A stretch of 64,000 nt of DNA from Anaerolineales bacterium (GCA_919902735.1 CAKKRM010000001.1:32100-96099), one strand, 5' to 3'. Counted from the first letter of the stretch, positions 47,561 to 57,896 are shown. Program-made: numbers and translations. The notes: generated from the sequence alone by a model not told the origin.

Positions 47561-49008
47561 TACAACATCCCCTTGAAAATAGATTCAGGGATATTCAAAT
47601 CTGTTGCTCGAAAGCCCGGACGCATGGGACGATTACCCGTGGGCAATAATCCCTTGCCTTGTTCATATCGAAACAAGGGAGAGAACGAAGGACGCGCTGC
47701 AGTGCGTTCCACGATGGGTGAGACTTCCACAATCTCACGCACGACTTGTCCATGTCCCGGATTACGCTCGATATACACCACAGCCGTCACAGCTTCCGCA
47801 AAGGATTGGGCGATCTGGATTTCAGACATGCGCGCCGCATCCGGGTGAGACTGCACCACTTGCAGAAAACGAGGCCAGACATGTTCGGCGCTGGTGGCAT
47901 GAATTGTGAAGGCAGAGTGTCCATGCCCGGTGGCTGCGGCACGAATGAGCTCCCAGGCTTCCGCTCCACGCGCTTCGCCGATCACCACGCCATGTGGACG
48001 TGAACGTAAGGCGGAGCGGATCAAGTCATACATGGTCACTGATGGAGGGCCACCGCGAATTTCAGGACGGGTCACGGTGTAGATGATATTCCCAGTGTCG
48101 CTCTTTCCATCTCCATTCCAACCATTCAAGATGATCTCATTGCTGTCTTCCACGATAAACAAGCGGATCGCGCCGCGCGGATAATAGTCCAGCATCTCTT
48201 GAAGAATTCGCTGACCGACAAAGGTCTTGCCCGAGCCTGTCGTGCCGGCAATCACCAAAGTTCCGCCATGCACCATGACACTCAAAAGATAATTCGCAAC
48301 CTCTGGTGTCAGGATGCCATCCCCACGCGGGAAGTCCTTTGCTTCAAACTTTGGGCGCGGTACTGGGGGAAGTCTTTTCTGACATAGCATGGCCAGGCTG
48401 CCCTGCGTGAGATCAGCGGCTGTACGATAGTTCGAGATACGCAAAGTAATTGTGTCGCCATATGGGGAAGCAGGCGGCATCACATAATTAATACGCACCC
48501 CTTTACGACGAACTGTTCCATCCACGAGCGGAACCATGACCTGTAACATCGCATCCGCAATCGGGTAATCTGGCGTCGGCGCCCGTTGGCCGGCGCGATC
48601 GATCATGACGCGCAAGGCATCTCCAATTCCATCGGGCGCTGGACCGGCATACTCCCATCCATTAGTGGTGGTGTATACATAGATGTGTCCAAGATTGATG
48701 GCGATGTCTTCAATGTCGGAACGGGCAATGAGTTCAAGCAAGGGTCCCATGCCGGAGAGTTCACCGATCAGCCGTAGGATATATTCCTGCGGCAGGGTAA
48801 CACCTGCATCGACTGCACGTGAGCTCACTTCCTCGAAAACATTTCGCGCCAAGGCTTCGATCTCAGTGGATGTCATGCTTTTCTGCAGCGACTCAATCGC
48901 TTTCTTTGCGCGGCCTTCCTCTGTCAGGATATTCCACCAGCGTTCCATCTCATCGGCTGAGCGCGCATCGCTAACGGGCTTTAATGTTTTGCCTGTGATA
49001 TCAAACAT
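47560..49008 (-). CDS. CpaF/TadA/VirB11-family secretion ATPase, 482 aa
   Basis: Walker A IAGTTGSGKTF, Walker B RLFIVEDSNE, His-box-like ATGHGHSAFTIHA, arginine-rich VIGEARGAEAWEL. Confidence 0.8.
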   Translation of the reverse strand: MFDITGKTLKPVSDARSADEMERWWNILTEEGRAKKAIESLQKSMTSTEIEALARNVFEEVSSRAVDAGVTLPQEYILRLIGELSGMGPLLELIARSDIEDIAINLGHIYVYTTTNGWEYAGPAPDGIGDALRVMIDRAGQRAPTPDYPIADAMLQVMVPLVDGTVRRKGVRINYVMPPASPYGDTITLRISNYRTAADLTQGSLAMLCQKRLPPVPRPKFEAKDFPRGDGILTPEVANYLLSVMVHGGTLVIAGTTGSGKTFVGQRILQEMLDYYPRGAIRLFIVEDSNEIILNGWNGDGKSDTGNIIYTVTRPEIRGGPPSVTMYDLIRSALRSRPHGVVIGEARGAEAWELIRAAATGHGHSAFTIHATSAEHVWPRFLQVVQSHPDAARMSEIQIAQSFAEAVTAVVYIERNPGHGQVVREIVEVSPIVERTAARPSFSPLFRYEQGKGLLPTGNRPMRPGFRATDLNIPESIFKGML

Positions 49009-49010
49009 GG

Positions 49011-50369
49011 TTATTTCCCAAACCAGCCGCGCTTTTTGGTTGAGTTCGGTAGTAACCCAACGCGCGAAGCGCCTTCACGCACGGCTGGAACAAAGTGCGC
49101 GGCAAATCCCAATAGAGAATCCACGAACGGCCCGAGTTCTTCCAATTTCTCTTTCTTGTATCTCCAGATCAAAATATCATCACGACGATCCGAGTTAACC
49201 GCCTGTGCTGCCAGGCGCGGATCTACAATCGGAAGAATGCCATTCGGAATAAGGGCGAGTTCGATCTTGTCTTCGCTCAAGGCTTGCTGCAACATTTTGT
49301 GCGCCGACTTGAACCCATCGCCAACCACCTGGTTGTAACAAAGCTTGACGCGGCTGCCGACGAACTCATGCGCGCTATTTTTACCCACGACACTCGCCAG
49401 TGAATTGATCATGCGCGCGATCCAGCGGCGGGTTTCTGCGAGATCGGGAATTTCAGGTTTGATCACAATTGCAATTCCCTCGGCGGCTTTCAATGCGGCG
49501 CGATGAACGACATGCGCAGGATTGATGCCGACATCCATGATGACCACGCCGCCTGCCGCGACGCCGGCTTCATACAGACCTTGGATAACTTCCGCAACCT
49601 TGCCTTCCTGTTGCAGGACTTCATCACCCAAATCATCGGTGATCAAACCGGGCAGGACACGCAGGGTCGGTAGATCATCCAACGGTGTGAATGCATTCAG
49701 ATACGCCGCACCGGATGCGATATCACTCATCGCACTCTTCCCAGCTTTTGCGATCTCACGCCGCAGTAACCCGATCATGGTCGTGTTTACGCGTTCCAGG
49801 CGCATGTGATATTGCAGTGCGCCGGCGTTGCCATCTGCATCCACTAAATATGTTGTGATGCCTGATAAGGCAAGCGCAACCGCAAGATTAACTGCGACAG
49901 TTGTTTTGCCCGTGCCACCTTTCGGTGAAGTGATGGCAATTTTACGAACTGCCATACCCGATTGAATGCGAGCCGACATGTCGCTGCCAAGCACTGCTCT
50001 GCGATATTGATCATCTGCCGCAAGATTGCCGGCATCGCCTCTACGCATTTCATCATACAAACGATTGATGTCCACATCCGAAGGTGGGTATGCAAAGGCC
50101 GGCACGCCGACACCGTTTGCCCAGGAAGACATACCATCGCCGACACCAGCGATGACGAAGATTAACTTCCCATGTTCAGCGGCTTTTACCAGACTCTCCG
50201 GGGAGACAGACGATTCAGGCGAAACCACGATCAAGGCACGGAAATCAAACAGGTCAATGTGTTGCGGAGTGAAGGCCGCAATCTGTGCAATCACGGAATG
50301 TCCCTGTTCTGCCAGTTGCATATTCAAGCGGGAAGTAACGGTCCCCGCGCCAAGCAAGAGAACCTGCAT
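49011..50369 (-). CDS. CpaE/TadZ-like ParA/MinD-family ATPase with an N-terminal receiver-like domain
   Basis: Start moved to MQVLLLGAG (TAATG overlap with the upstream stop). Deviant Walker A ITSPKGGTGKTTVAVNLAVALA. Confidence 0.7.
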   Translation of the reverse strand: MQVLLLGAGTVTSRLNMQLAEQGHSVIAQIAAFTPQHIDLFDFRALIVVSPESSVSPESLVKAAEHGKLIFVIAGVGDGMSSWANGVGVPAFAYPPSDVDINRLYDEMRRGDAGNLAADDQYRRAVLGSDMSARIQSGMAVRKIAITSPKGGTGKTTVAVNLAVALALSGITTYLVDADGNAGALQYHMRLERVNTTMIGLLRREIAKAGKSAMSDIASGAAYLNAFTPLDDLPTLRVLPGLITDDLGDEVLQQEGKVAEVIQGLYEAGVAAGGVVIMDVGINPAHVVHRAALKAAEGIAIVIKPEIPDLAETRRWIARMINSLASVVGKNSAHEFVGSRVKLCYNQVVGDGFKSAHKMLQQALSEDKIELALIPNGILPIVDPRLAAQAVNSDRRDDILIWRYKKEKLEELGPFVDSLLGFAAHFVPAVREGASRVGLLPNSTKKRGWFGK

Positions 50370-51286
50370 TACTGTCCTCCTCCCAAAACATCTTCGCGAT
50401 CCTTCTTGAACAGATCTTCGAAGTCCCAATAAGTAAAGCCGGCAGTGGGTGTTTCATCGCCGCGCGCCATGAGTGATACCACCAAACGATCACCCTGCTG
50501 CAGCGCAAGCGAAAGAACTTCACGACTGGCATTCGGCACGAGCAGGATCAACATTTGCGGTTGGTCGAACGAAGTAAAGGATGAGTCCGAGTTGCTTGTA
50601 TCGGTTGAGTCTGTTTGTGGAGGCAGGCCTTGCACGGAGATCACACGCACACCCATCGGGAATAAATCCTTGGCAAGCGGTGGTAATGCGCGACTTAGTG
50701 CATCGGCTTGTTCTATTTCCTGTGGGGCAGCGGTCGCTGTGGGTTCGATGCCATAACCAGGTTGAAGTATTAATTCTGGCATAGCCGTTGGTGTGGTCAT
50801 CTGTTGTGGCCGGCTGGTGATCACCACTGTCACTCCCACCAAGTCTCCAGGAAGAAATGCACCTGCATCCGGCGAGACCAGATTCATCGCATCCAGCGGC
50901 AATGGGAACAAACTAAATCCGGGATATTTTGCAAGCACTGCAGAGAGACGTGTGCCTTCCGCAGCTTGAGCAACGATTGCGGAGCGAAAGATGGGCTGGC
51001 CGTTGAAGATCGGTTGTGCCACCACACCGCCAACAACCCCTGTAACTTCTTCACCCGGAATGAATAAGCTGGCATTGTCATCCTGAAAGACTGTCTTGAC
51101 GGCCAGATCATTTGGAGTGATGGCATCCCCGATATTGAGATCATGGGTCGCAGACAAGACTTCGAGGGTGGGTGGTTTTTGCGCCGCGCCCAAAGCGTTC
51201 AGGGCAATAAAGGCGACAAGAAAAATTCCAACCGACACACCCAGTACCACAAGGTTCACGCCGGTCGAGGCAAGACGTTTAAGCAT
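50369..51286 (-). CDS. CpaB/RcpC-like (SAF-domain) pilus-assembly-type protein
   Basis: Start moved to MLKRLASTG (GGAGAA SD). N-terminal TM VNLVVLGVSVGIFLVAFIAL followed by SATHDLNIGDAITPNDLAVKTV, typical of the CpaB N-terminal beta-clip. Confidence 0.5.
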   Translation of the reverse strand: MLKRLASTGVNLVVLGVSVGIFLVAFIALNALGAAQKPPTLEVLSATHDLNIGDAITPNDLAVKTVFQDDNASLFIPGEEVTGVVGGVVAQPIFNGQPIFRSAIVAQAAEGTRLSAVLAKYPGFSLFPLPLDAMNLVSPDAGAFLPGDLVGVTVVITSRPQQMTTPTAMPELILQPGYGIEPTATAAPQEIEQADALSRALPPLAKDLFPMGVRVISVQGLPPQTDSTDTSNSDSSFTSFDQPQMLILLVPNASREVLSLALQQGDRLVVSLMARGDETPTAGFTYWDFEDLFKKDREDVLGGGQ

Positions 51287-51869
51287 TTTGTTTTCTCCAA
51301 TCGTTGAGTTTCCAGGGCAGACTGCTCTGGTTGAATGCCTGCCGCAAAGCAGGTGTTTGTTCAATCACTTCTTCGAGACTTTCCAAGGAATGACGCATCA
51401 GTCCATATAGAACCATCACTACAAAGTCCGTTCGCAAATGATTCGATTTGAATAACAGGTGATGCGCCTGCGCAGTAGTACGAGCGACATCCATCGCATC
51501 TGCATTGGCCAGGGCTTCTGCCGACATACGCGGCATGTCAGGAAAACATAACTGGATCAAGTCCGCCAATTCATTTTGGATGTGTTGTGGGAAATCCGGC
51601 TCTGTCGAGGATGACTCTGCAACCGGTAGTGTAGGTGGATTAAGCAGATCTGCAACGGAAGTATTTGGATTGACCCTCAATTGCTCCACCGCGCGCGGTA
51701 AACGCTTGAGACCGGCTTGAATGGCTTCCGCCAATCTTTCCTGTGCCTGTGGAGGGAGGGCTGCAACTGCTTCCACATTGCGCAGGGATACTTGCTCGCG
51801 CAAGCCGGCTGGTAGGGTTTCCAATAGTCGCTGCCATCGTTCCCGCTTGGACTGATATGTCTCACTCAT
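51279..51869 (-). CDS. Hypothetical helical protein, 196 aa
   Basis: First gene of the minus-strand CpaB/E/F-like operon. No motif recognised. Confidence 0.55.
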   Translation of the reverse strand: MSETYQSKRERWQRLLETLPAGLREQVSLRNVEAVAALPPQAQERLAEAIQAGLKRLPRAVEQLRVNPNTSVADLLNPPTLPVAESSSTEPDFPQHIQNELADLIQLCFPDMPRMSAEALANADAMDVARTTAQAHHLLFKSNHLRTDFVVMVLYGLMRHSLESLEEVIEQTPALRQAFNQSSLPWKLNDWRKQNA

Positions 51870-51935
51870 AGGTGTGCATCATACGATTGATGGTGGAAGG
51901 GAGGAGAAGGTGTGTCGTCAGGTGTATCGGTTGTT

Positions 51936-52847
51936 TTATCTGACTTCTTCAAAGATCTGGATATTCTCAAGATGGAATTGTTTGTTCCCGCCATCCTGGA
52001 ATTTCAAATCCATCGCTGGTGCGATCTCCCACCAACGGCGGGGCTTATTGACTACCAGGTAATTGTCGCTCCATACCTGCACCTCCACCGGTCCGAAGGC
52101 GGGCATGGACATCTGGCAAATAACCATATCGTCCACTTTCACGATGCCCAGCCATTCCGTTTTACTGATCCATTGCAATCGTATTTCGTATGGGTGCAAT
52201 GTCTGGGCATCCCCGTCTAACGATTCCACCTGAACAGGTACCCAGTTGAGTGCAAGATAACAAAGCGAGCCGCTGATTCCCTGGATGGACGACTCCTCCC
52301 CTGTGACTGCAAAACCAAACATGTCAAAAGGCTTGGAGAAAGATCCATCTTTCTGGAGGGTGTCTACCGGCTGAAAGATCACGCCGGCGGTGCCATAAAA
52401 TCCTTCATCAACTTTCGTGGAAAATTTCAAGACCACGTCGCTGGATGGGGTTGGGCGAAAACCGCGACCGCCGATGAGCGTGACATTGTTATATTGGCCC
52501 GCTGCGGGTCTTTGCATGAGATTAGAACTTTCGCTCTGAAAATACGGATCATCAAAATGTTGGATCGTCAAACCATGATCGATTGTCATCGCGGACGAAC
52601 GCCAGGCATGTTCATTTGAAACTTTCCCGCCGCCGTTGATAATGGTAAATTTCCAAAAACGTGAAGATAATTCTCCCTCGAAATTATCCTCAACAGGCTC
52701 GGGATTCTGGAATTCATCCGGGGTATCCGCAGCCAGATGAACCAGGCGATTTGTTTCGCTCCAGATTGTCACGGCGGAATACAATTGTTGATAATTCAAC
52801 CCAAGAAACAGAAGCACAGGCGCAAGCAGTAGAACAAAAATTTTCAT
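51936..52847 (-). CDS. Secreted beta-sandwich (ConA-like?) protein
   Basis: Start moved to MKIFVLLLAPVLLFLG (signal-peptide-like, AAGGA SD). Beta-rich sequence. Confidence 0.6.
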   Translation of the reverse strand: MKIFVLLLAPVLLFLGLNYQQLYSAVTIWSETNRLVHLAADTPDEFQNPEPVEDNFEGELSSRFWKFTIINGGGKVSNEHAWRSSAMTIDHGLTIQHFDDPYFQSESSNLMQRPAAGQYNNVTLIGGRGFRPTPSSDVVLKFSTKVDEGFYGTAGVIFQPVDTLQKDGSFSKPFDMFGFAVTGEESSIQGISGSLCYLALNWVPVQVESLDGDAQTLHPYEIRLQWISKTEWLGIVKVDDMVICQMSMPAFGPVEVQVWSDNYLVVNKPRRWWEIAPAMDLKFQDGGNKQFHLENIQIFEEVR

Positions 52848-53058
52848 ATCGCAATCCTTTAGATTTTTTTGATGGTGAGCTCCCTTGTTCAAAGGCAACA
52901 TCACATTTATGCGGATATGATAAGGAATTGTTTCGGTATGTATGAGAATTGTGTCGCTAACTGTATCGGTAGGCTTTTTATTTGAAGATGGATTTCTGCC
53001 CTGTTTTGCCCAAAAACCATATTAACATTTACGCCCCTAACTGGTGTTATGGTAAACT

Positions 53059-54246
53059 ATGTTAACACCACTCAAAACCTGTGAGAAACTGATGAAACCC
53101 AATGAATTTCGTAACCCTAAAGTTGGAAAAGCAATCCGAACCCAGACTGGCTATTGGGCTTTTATTCCCGCTCCACTCCCGCCGGAAATCGAGTGGACGA
53201 CATCATTGATTTCTGCGCTATCCGATGCCGACCGAGAGTTGAGCAAACTAACCACCCTGGCTGGTAACTTTCCATTTCCACGCCTGCTGACTCAACCTTT
53301 CATGCGGCGTGAAGCGGTTCTGTCCTCACGCATCGAAGGCACACGCGCTTCGCTGGCGGACCTATACAACTACGAGTCAGCTCAACTCTCTTTTCTTGAG
53401 CCCACGGACGATGTGCGCGAGGTTCATAACTATGTCCTTGCATTGGATTACGGGTTGGAGCGGTTGGAAACTTTGCCGGTCAGTCTGCGTTTGATCCGCG
53501 AAATTCATGCCGAGTTGATGGAAGGGGTACGTGGCGGAAATCTCACGCCGGGTAAATTTCGCAAAACCCAAAACTGGATCGGTCCGGCAGGCAGTACCAT
53601 TGAGACGGCCACCTATGTTCCACCACCCGTCGATGAAATGCAGAACGCATTAAGTGATCTGGAAAAATTTATCCATGCCGATACAGAGATACCGACACTG
53701 GCGCGCGCCGGCATGATCCACTATCAATTCGAAGCGATCCATCCGTTCCTGGACGGTAACGGAAGAGTGGGCCGGCTGATTATCATGTTGTTGTTTCATG
53801 AGTGGAACGTTCTGTCCCAACCCCTGCTAAATCTGAGCGCGTACTTTGAACACTATCGTCAGGAATATTATGATTATCTGCTGGCGGTTTCCCAACACGG
53901 CAAATGGGAGGAATGGCTGAGGTTCTTCCTGCGCGGGATCAGCATCCAGGCCCAGGACAGCGTCTTCCGTATGATACGCCTTCAAGATATACACACGAAG
54001 TATGAAGTGCTGGTGCAGGCAGATCGTAACTCTGCGCGCATGGCGGCTGTAATTGATTTCATTTTCTCCCGACCCATCCTTAGTATCAAACAACTGGAAA
54101 CCGCGCTTGACATGCCCTACATGGCAGCCAAACGATATGTTGAAAAATTGGTGGATGCGAATGTTCTGCAGGAGACAACCGGCTATGCACGTAATCGAGT
54201 CTTCCAGGCGAATGAGATCTTCGAAGCCTTGGGAAACTCTGAATAG
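53059..54246 (+). CDS. Fic/DOC-family protein (AMPylase-type)
   Basis: Fic motif HPFLDGNGRVGR. Fic_N-like GYWAFIPAPLPPEI. C-terminal winged-helix-like tail. The true start may be MKPNEF at 53092. Confidence 0.9.
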   Translation: MLTPLKTCEKLMKPNEFRNPKVGKAIRTQTGYWAFIPAPLPPEIEWTTSLISALSDADRELSKLTTLAGNFPFPRLLTQPFMRREAVLSSRIEGTRASLADLYNYESAQLSFLEPTDDVREVHNYVLALDYGLERLETLPVSLRLIREIHAELMEGVRGGNLTPGKFRKTQNWIGPAGSTIETATYVPPPVDEMQNALSDLEKFIHADTEIPTLARAGMIHYQFEAIHPFLDGNGRVGRLIIMLLFHEWNVLSQPLLNLSAYFEHYRQEYYDYLLAVSQHGKWEEWLRFFLRGISIQAQDSVFRMIRLQDIHTKYEVLVQADRNSARMAAVIDFIFSRPILSIKQLETALDMPYMAAKRYVEKLVDANVLQETTGYARNRVFQANEIFEALGNSE

Positions 54247-54320
54247 TTTGAAATTCCTGCATAATATCCCCAAAAATTTGCATGTATCACAGTAAGTGCA
54301 AGGTTAGGCTTTGCAGTCAC

Positions 54321-55538
54321 TCACTTCACCCACCGCCATAATAGTAGAGTGGCAAATAAAGCCAGTACCGCGCCGAAAAGAAATGGAGCCGACGGGCCGA
54401 ATCCAGCCCAAGTTCCTGCACCCTGCCAAAGCAATCCCGCAAGAAGCGAGGCGGGTAGAGCGGTAATGCCAATCGCGGCATTGAAGAGTCCATAGGCAGT
54501 GCCACGTTGTGCTTCGGGCACGAGGTCAGCTACCAGCGCTTTTGCAACGCCCTCTGTCGCAGCATAATAAATCCCATAAAGACCGAACAACATCCAAATT
54601 TGCCAGCCGGCTTGCGCCAAAGCAACACCGAGATACACCAACCCATACATTAACCAGCCACCGATGATCAACTTCCTTCTTCCAACTTTATCCGAGAGCG
54701 CCCCAAGCGGACCGGAAAGAATCGTATAGATTGCGGTGAAGGTCATCAACATGAACATGGTTTGCAGTACTGAGAGTCCGCGTTCCTGCGCCCGCAAAAT
54801 AATAAAAGAGTCTGATGAATTGCCAAGCGTGAAAAGCACAACAATAAACAGGAATGACTTGAAACGGGCATCCATCCCTTTAAGTGACAAACGCATCACG
54901 CCCGACCCTTTGCCTGACCTGAGCGAAGTTGAAGGGCTCACCTCGGTCACACCAGCCGCTAAAACGATGACCGCCAAAACTGCAGGGATGATACTCGCCA
55001 GCACCGCGATTCGAAACGTGTTGACACTTAAAAACGCCTGATTGGTTTGTGTCAACCAGATGATTAAGGCGGCAATACCAATGCCGATGAAAGCCCCAGC
55101 CGTATCGCCGGCACGATGCAAACCAAACGCGAATCCACGATTGCTCTCATCTGTACTGGAGGCAACCAGTGCGTCTCGCGGTGCGGTGCGAATCCCCTTG
55201 CCGACACGGTCTGCAAAACGAACGCCAAGTACCCACCCCCAGGTATTCGCAAAATATAAAAATGGCTTGGCGACTGTGGAAATTGCATAGCCCAGCACCG
55301 TCAGCCATTTGCGTTTGCCGATCTTATCTGAAAGAGCGCCCGAATAAATTTTTACAAGACTTGCAGTTGTCTCTGCAACCCCGTCAATCAACCCGATGAA
55401 CGCCATTCGCACGCCCAACACATTGGATAGAAACAAGGGGATGAGATACACAATCATTTCTGATGAAATATCTGTGAGAAAGGATGTGGCGGTGACGATC
55501 CAAATGTTTGGGTGTAACTTGCGAAGTTTATTTTTCAT
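54321..55538 (-). CDS. MFS transporter, 405 aa
   Basis: About 12 hydrophobic helices. The MFS loop signature appears in both halves (GALSDKIGKRK and GALSDKVGRRK). Confidence 0.85.
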   Translation of the reverse strand: MKNKLRKLHPNIWIVTATSFLTDISSEMIVYLIPLFLSNVLGVRMAFIGLIDGVAETTASLVKIYSGALSDKIGKRKWLTVLGYAISTVAKPFLYFANTWGWVLGVRFADRVGKGIRTAPRDALVASSTDESNRGFAFGLHRAGDTAGAFIGIGIAALIIWLTQTNQAFLSVNTFRIAVLASIIPAVLAVIVLAAGVTEVSPSTSLRSGKGSGVMRLSLKGMDARFKSFLFIVVLFTLGNSSDSFIILRAQERGLSVLQTMFMLMTFTAIYTILSGPLGALSDKVGRRKLIIGGWLMYGLVYLGVALAQAGWQIWMLFGLYGIYYAATEGVAKALVADLVPEAQRGTAYGLFNAAIGITALPASLLAGLLWQGAGTWAGFGPSAPFLFGAVLALFATLLLWRWVK

Positions 55539-55837
55539 ATTTACTCATTGACCACCATTCTTTCTCAAAACAGTTGACCGCGAAAACGGAATTAATAAGA
55601 GTTTTTTCAAGCTGCATCGGTCAGTTGTCGGATTTGTATTTTACTCTCCTCCGGTTACTTCAGTCATAATACCCGTCGTTGATATCAAAAGTAAACATGG
55701 ATGAGTTATGTTTACAGTTAAAAAACAAGTGCTTTAGGTGGAATCTCTATCCTCAATCGTAAGTCCACCCATAGGTAATAGGGGCGTAAAATACGTCGCA
55801 TAAGGGTGAATTGAATTGTTTCTGCCGCCTACGTGCT

Positions 55838-55866
55838 TTGACAATTTTCATCATCATCCCTATAAT
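55838..55866 (+). promoter_or_regulatory. Perfect consensus sigma70-type promoter
   Basis: TTGACA (55838..55843), a 17-nt spacer, then TATAAT (55861..55866). Confidence 0.6.
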
Positions 55867-56281
55867 CCCGACCGTTCCTACTTTCCACAATCTATTCCCT
55901 CTCTTTAGAAGCCCAGCCATTCGCCGGGCTTCTTCCGTTGTATCCATTCCCCATATCCCCATAACTGAAAGGAAACCATATTCACAAACTCAAAATAAAA
56001 ACGTTCACTCTCTTCAATCCAGTTCGTTACTACTCATGCATGTTGGAAAGATCAGTCTCATTCTCAATAATAAATTGCAACAAATGGGAAGCAAGGACAC
56101 AAAATTGTGAAGTGAGACTGTAAGCAGGATCGTCAGCATGCTTCGTACAACTTCCGACACAGCCTGATTCATTGGGTTGTATCGGTAATTTGTACACGGC
56201 AATAAACCATTGAATCCCTACACAGGAGGTACTTTGAACCAATAACACAATTGAATACCTACCACGCATGCAAGCATGCGA

Positions 56282-56327
56282 AAACGGGCGTTGTCTCTGG
56301 GATTTTCCCAGGGCAGCGCCCGTTTTG
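56282..56327 (+). terminator. Intrinsic-terminator-like compound hairpin
   Basis: aaaacgggcg ... ctggga ttt tcccag ... cgcccgtttt followed by gatt. It is immediately preceded by the palindrome cgcatgcaagcatgcg (56265..56280). Confidence 0.55.
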
Positions 56328-56416
56328 ATTCCGCTTCACAGCGAGGACTCACCGGGGTGAGAGGCCCGGTAAAAACGAAGACCGCCCAGCTGTAACTGGA
56401 CGGTCTGAGGTGAAAC

Positions 56417-56647
56417 ATGTTCAAGCCAGATGATACCACAACCATAAAGACTGTCAAGATTTACGCCCCATTTCCACTCAAGGCATACCAACGCATGGTG
56501 ATCGTGGACGGCAAAGCGCTCAACGTCGCCGCATCCGCCGGACGACAGCAGGGAGACTACCTGTATTCTGCAACCATTACACTGCTGCGCGAGGATGCAG
56601 CCGTGTATACCAGCGCCCCATGCTGGGCAAGTGTGGATGTGGAATGA
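56417..56647 (+). CDS. Hypothetical protein, 76 aa
   Basis: GAGGTG SD 5 nt upstream of the ATG. Confidence 0.5.
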   Translation: MFKPDDTTTIKTVKIYAPFPLKAYQRMVIVDGKALNVAASAGRQQGDYLYSATITLLREDAAVYTSAPCWASVDVE

Positions 56648-56734
56648 AAAGATACCGACACACCGGACTACACGGATGCGTGATCATGCTCTCCCCCTGG
56701 AAATATTTAACCATTCCAAAAAAGGAGACTGATC

Positions 56735-56842
56735 ATGAGAACCCTCGCAATGCTTCTCATCCTGGTCGCCATTGCCGCCAGCCAGCCCAATCACTGGTTA
56801 TCGGTAGTTATGGCTTCCATCGCCCATTTCCTGGGCAGATAA
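56735..56842 (+). CDS. Small hydrophobic protein, 35 aa (below the ORF-track cutoff)
   Basis: AAGGAGA SD. Hand translation: MRTLAMLLILVAIAASQPNHWLSVVMASIAHFLGR. Confidence 0.4.
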   Translation: MRTLAMLLILVAIAASQPNHWLSVVMASIAHFLGR

Positions 56843-56887
56843 CACAAAAACTTTCACTCCGTTCAAAAGGAGGTCGCAAAAAAGCTC

Positions 56888-57880
56888 ATGGAAGATATTC
56901 TTTCCACCGCCGAAGAGATCCTCGGTCAGGCGGTTCGAGTGGAACGCCACAGGGATTGGGCCATCTTCTGGTGTCCCTTCCATAACGATGCCAGCCGTGA
57001 AGGAGAAGGTGGTCATCCAAACTTCGGCGTCAATCTGGTCAATGGATACTGGAAGTGCCTGCGTTGTGGTGCAACCGGTGGTTCGCTGAATGCCTTGCGA
57101 ATCAAACTTGGCCAAGATTGGAAACCGCCTGTATCGATAATGACACCGACACGCCCGCCCAAGCCACCGTCACAGGTCAAGATGCTGGATGAAGCCATGT
57201 CGGAAGCGCGCTCCATTGTGCAACGATCACCAGCCTGGTCATATCTTGCACAACGCGGTGTGGTTCCATACACAGCTCTTGTGTATGGGCTGGGATATGG
57301 CATTCCCATTCCAAGAGTCCATCGCGAGATCATCGAGGCCGCAACACAGTCGATGATGGTGCGCCGTGACGGAACCTGGTTGTGGGCAGGCGGCGTGGTG
57401 TATGCCGATCCGCCGACACAGCCCACGGTGATGAATGTGCGTTATATCCCGGAGGAGCAATTACCCCAAGGCACGCGCAAGTTCAAGCCTGAAAAGAATC
57501 ACAAGACCTGGGGCAATCGCATTCAACCTCTTGGAAGCTGGCGCATCACACAAGCCACACGCACATTGATCGTGCTGGAAGGATTGTTCGACATGCTCAT
57601 CACTGCGCAGAAGATCCATCAGCTTGGACGCGAAGCCGATACAGTGGCCGTCTACACCAACGGTGCCAGCCCAGCTGCAAAAATGCATCGGTGGTTCAGC
57701 GAACACAACGCATACGACTATGTCTTACTGCGCGATCCTGATAAAGCCGGTACGGAGTGGGCACAAGCTGTATCGGCGTCCATCCGACACGGCGGCGCAA
57801 AAGTACGCACACTCAAACCGCCCGACCAACTTGACCCGGACGAAGCCATCCTAAGCGGATGGTGGCCATCCGCAATCTAA
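56888..57880 (+). CDS. DnaG-like primase (CHC2 zinc finger plus Toprim), 330 aa, no helicase-binding domain
   Basis: CPFH...x23...CLRC zinc finger. Toprim LIVLEGLFDML and VLLRDPDKAG. Confidence 0.75.
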   Translation: MEDILSTAEEILGQAVRVERHRDWAIFWCPFHNDASREGEGGHPNFGVNLVNGYWKCLRCGATGGSLNALRIKLGQDWKPPVSIMTPTRPPKPPSQVKMLDEAMSEARSIVQRSPAWSYLAQRGVVPYTALVYGLGYGIPIPRVHREIIEAATQSMMVRRDGTWLWAGGVVYADPPTQPTVMNVRYIPEEQLPQGTRKFKPEKNHKTWGNRIQPLGSWRITQATRTLIVLEGLFDMLITAQKIHQLGREADTVAVYTNGASPAAKMHRWFSEHNAYDYVLLRDPDKAGTEWAQAVSASIRHGGAKVRTLKPPDQLDPDEAILSGWWPSAI

Positions 57881-57896
57881 TCCATCCAATTCCCGT

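Noticed and set aside
53827-54273. 148-aa minus-strand ORF, and the 32033..32458 plus-strand ORF
   Set aside because: They are antisense to the Fic gene (with its clear HPFLDGNGRVGR motif) and to the SD-preceded 182-aa membrane protein gene, respectively.
55811-56110. 99-aa plus-strand ORF in the MFS-primase intergenic region
   Set aside because: It starts upstream of the consensus promoter, has no SD, and its sequence is low-complexity (IIIPIIPTVPTF...). The region is treated as non-coding.
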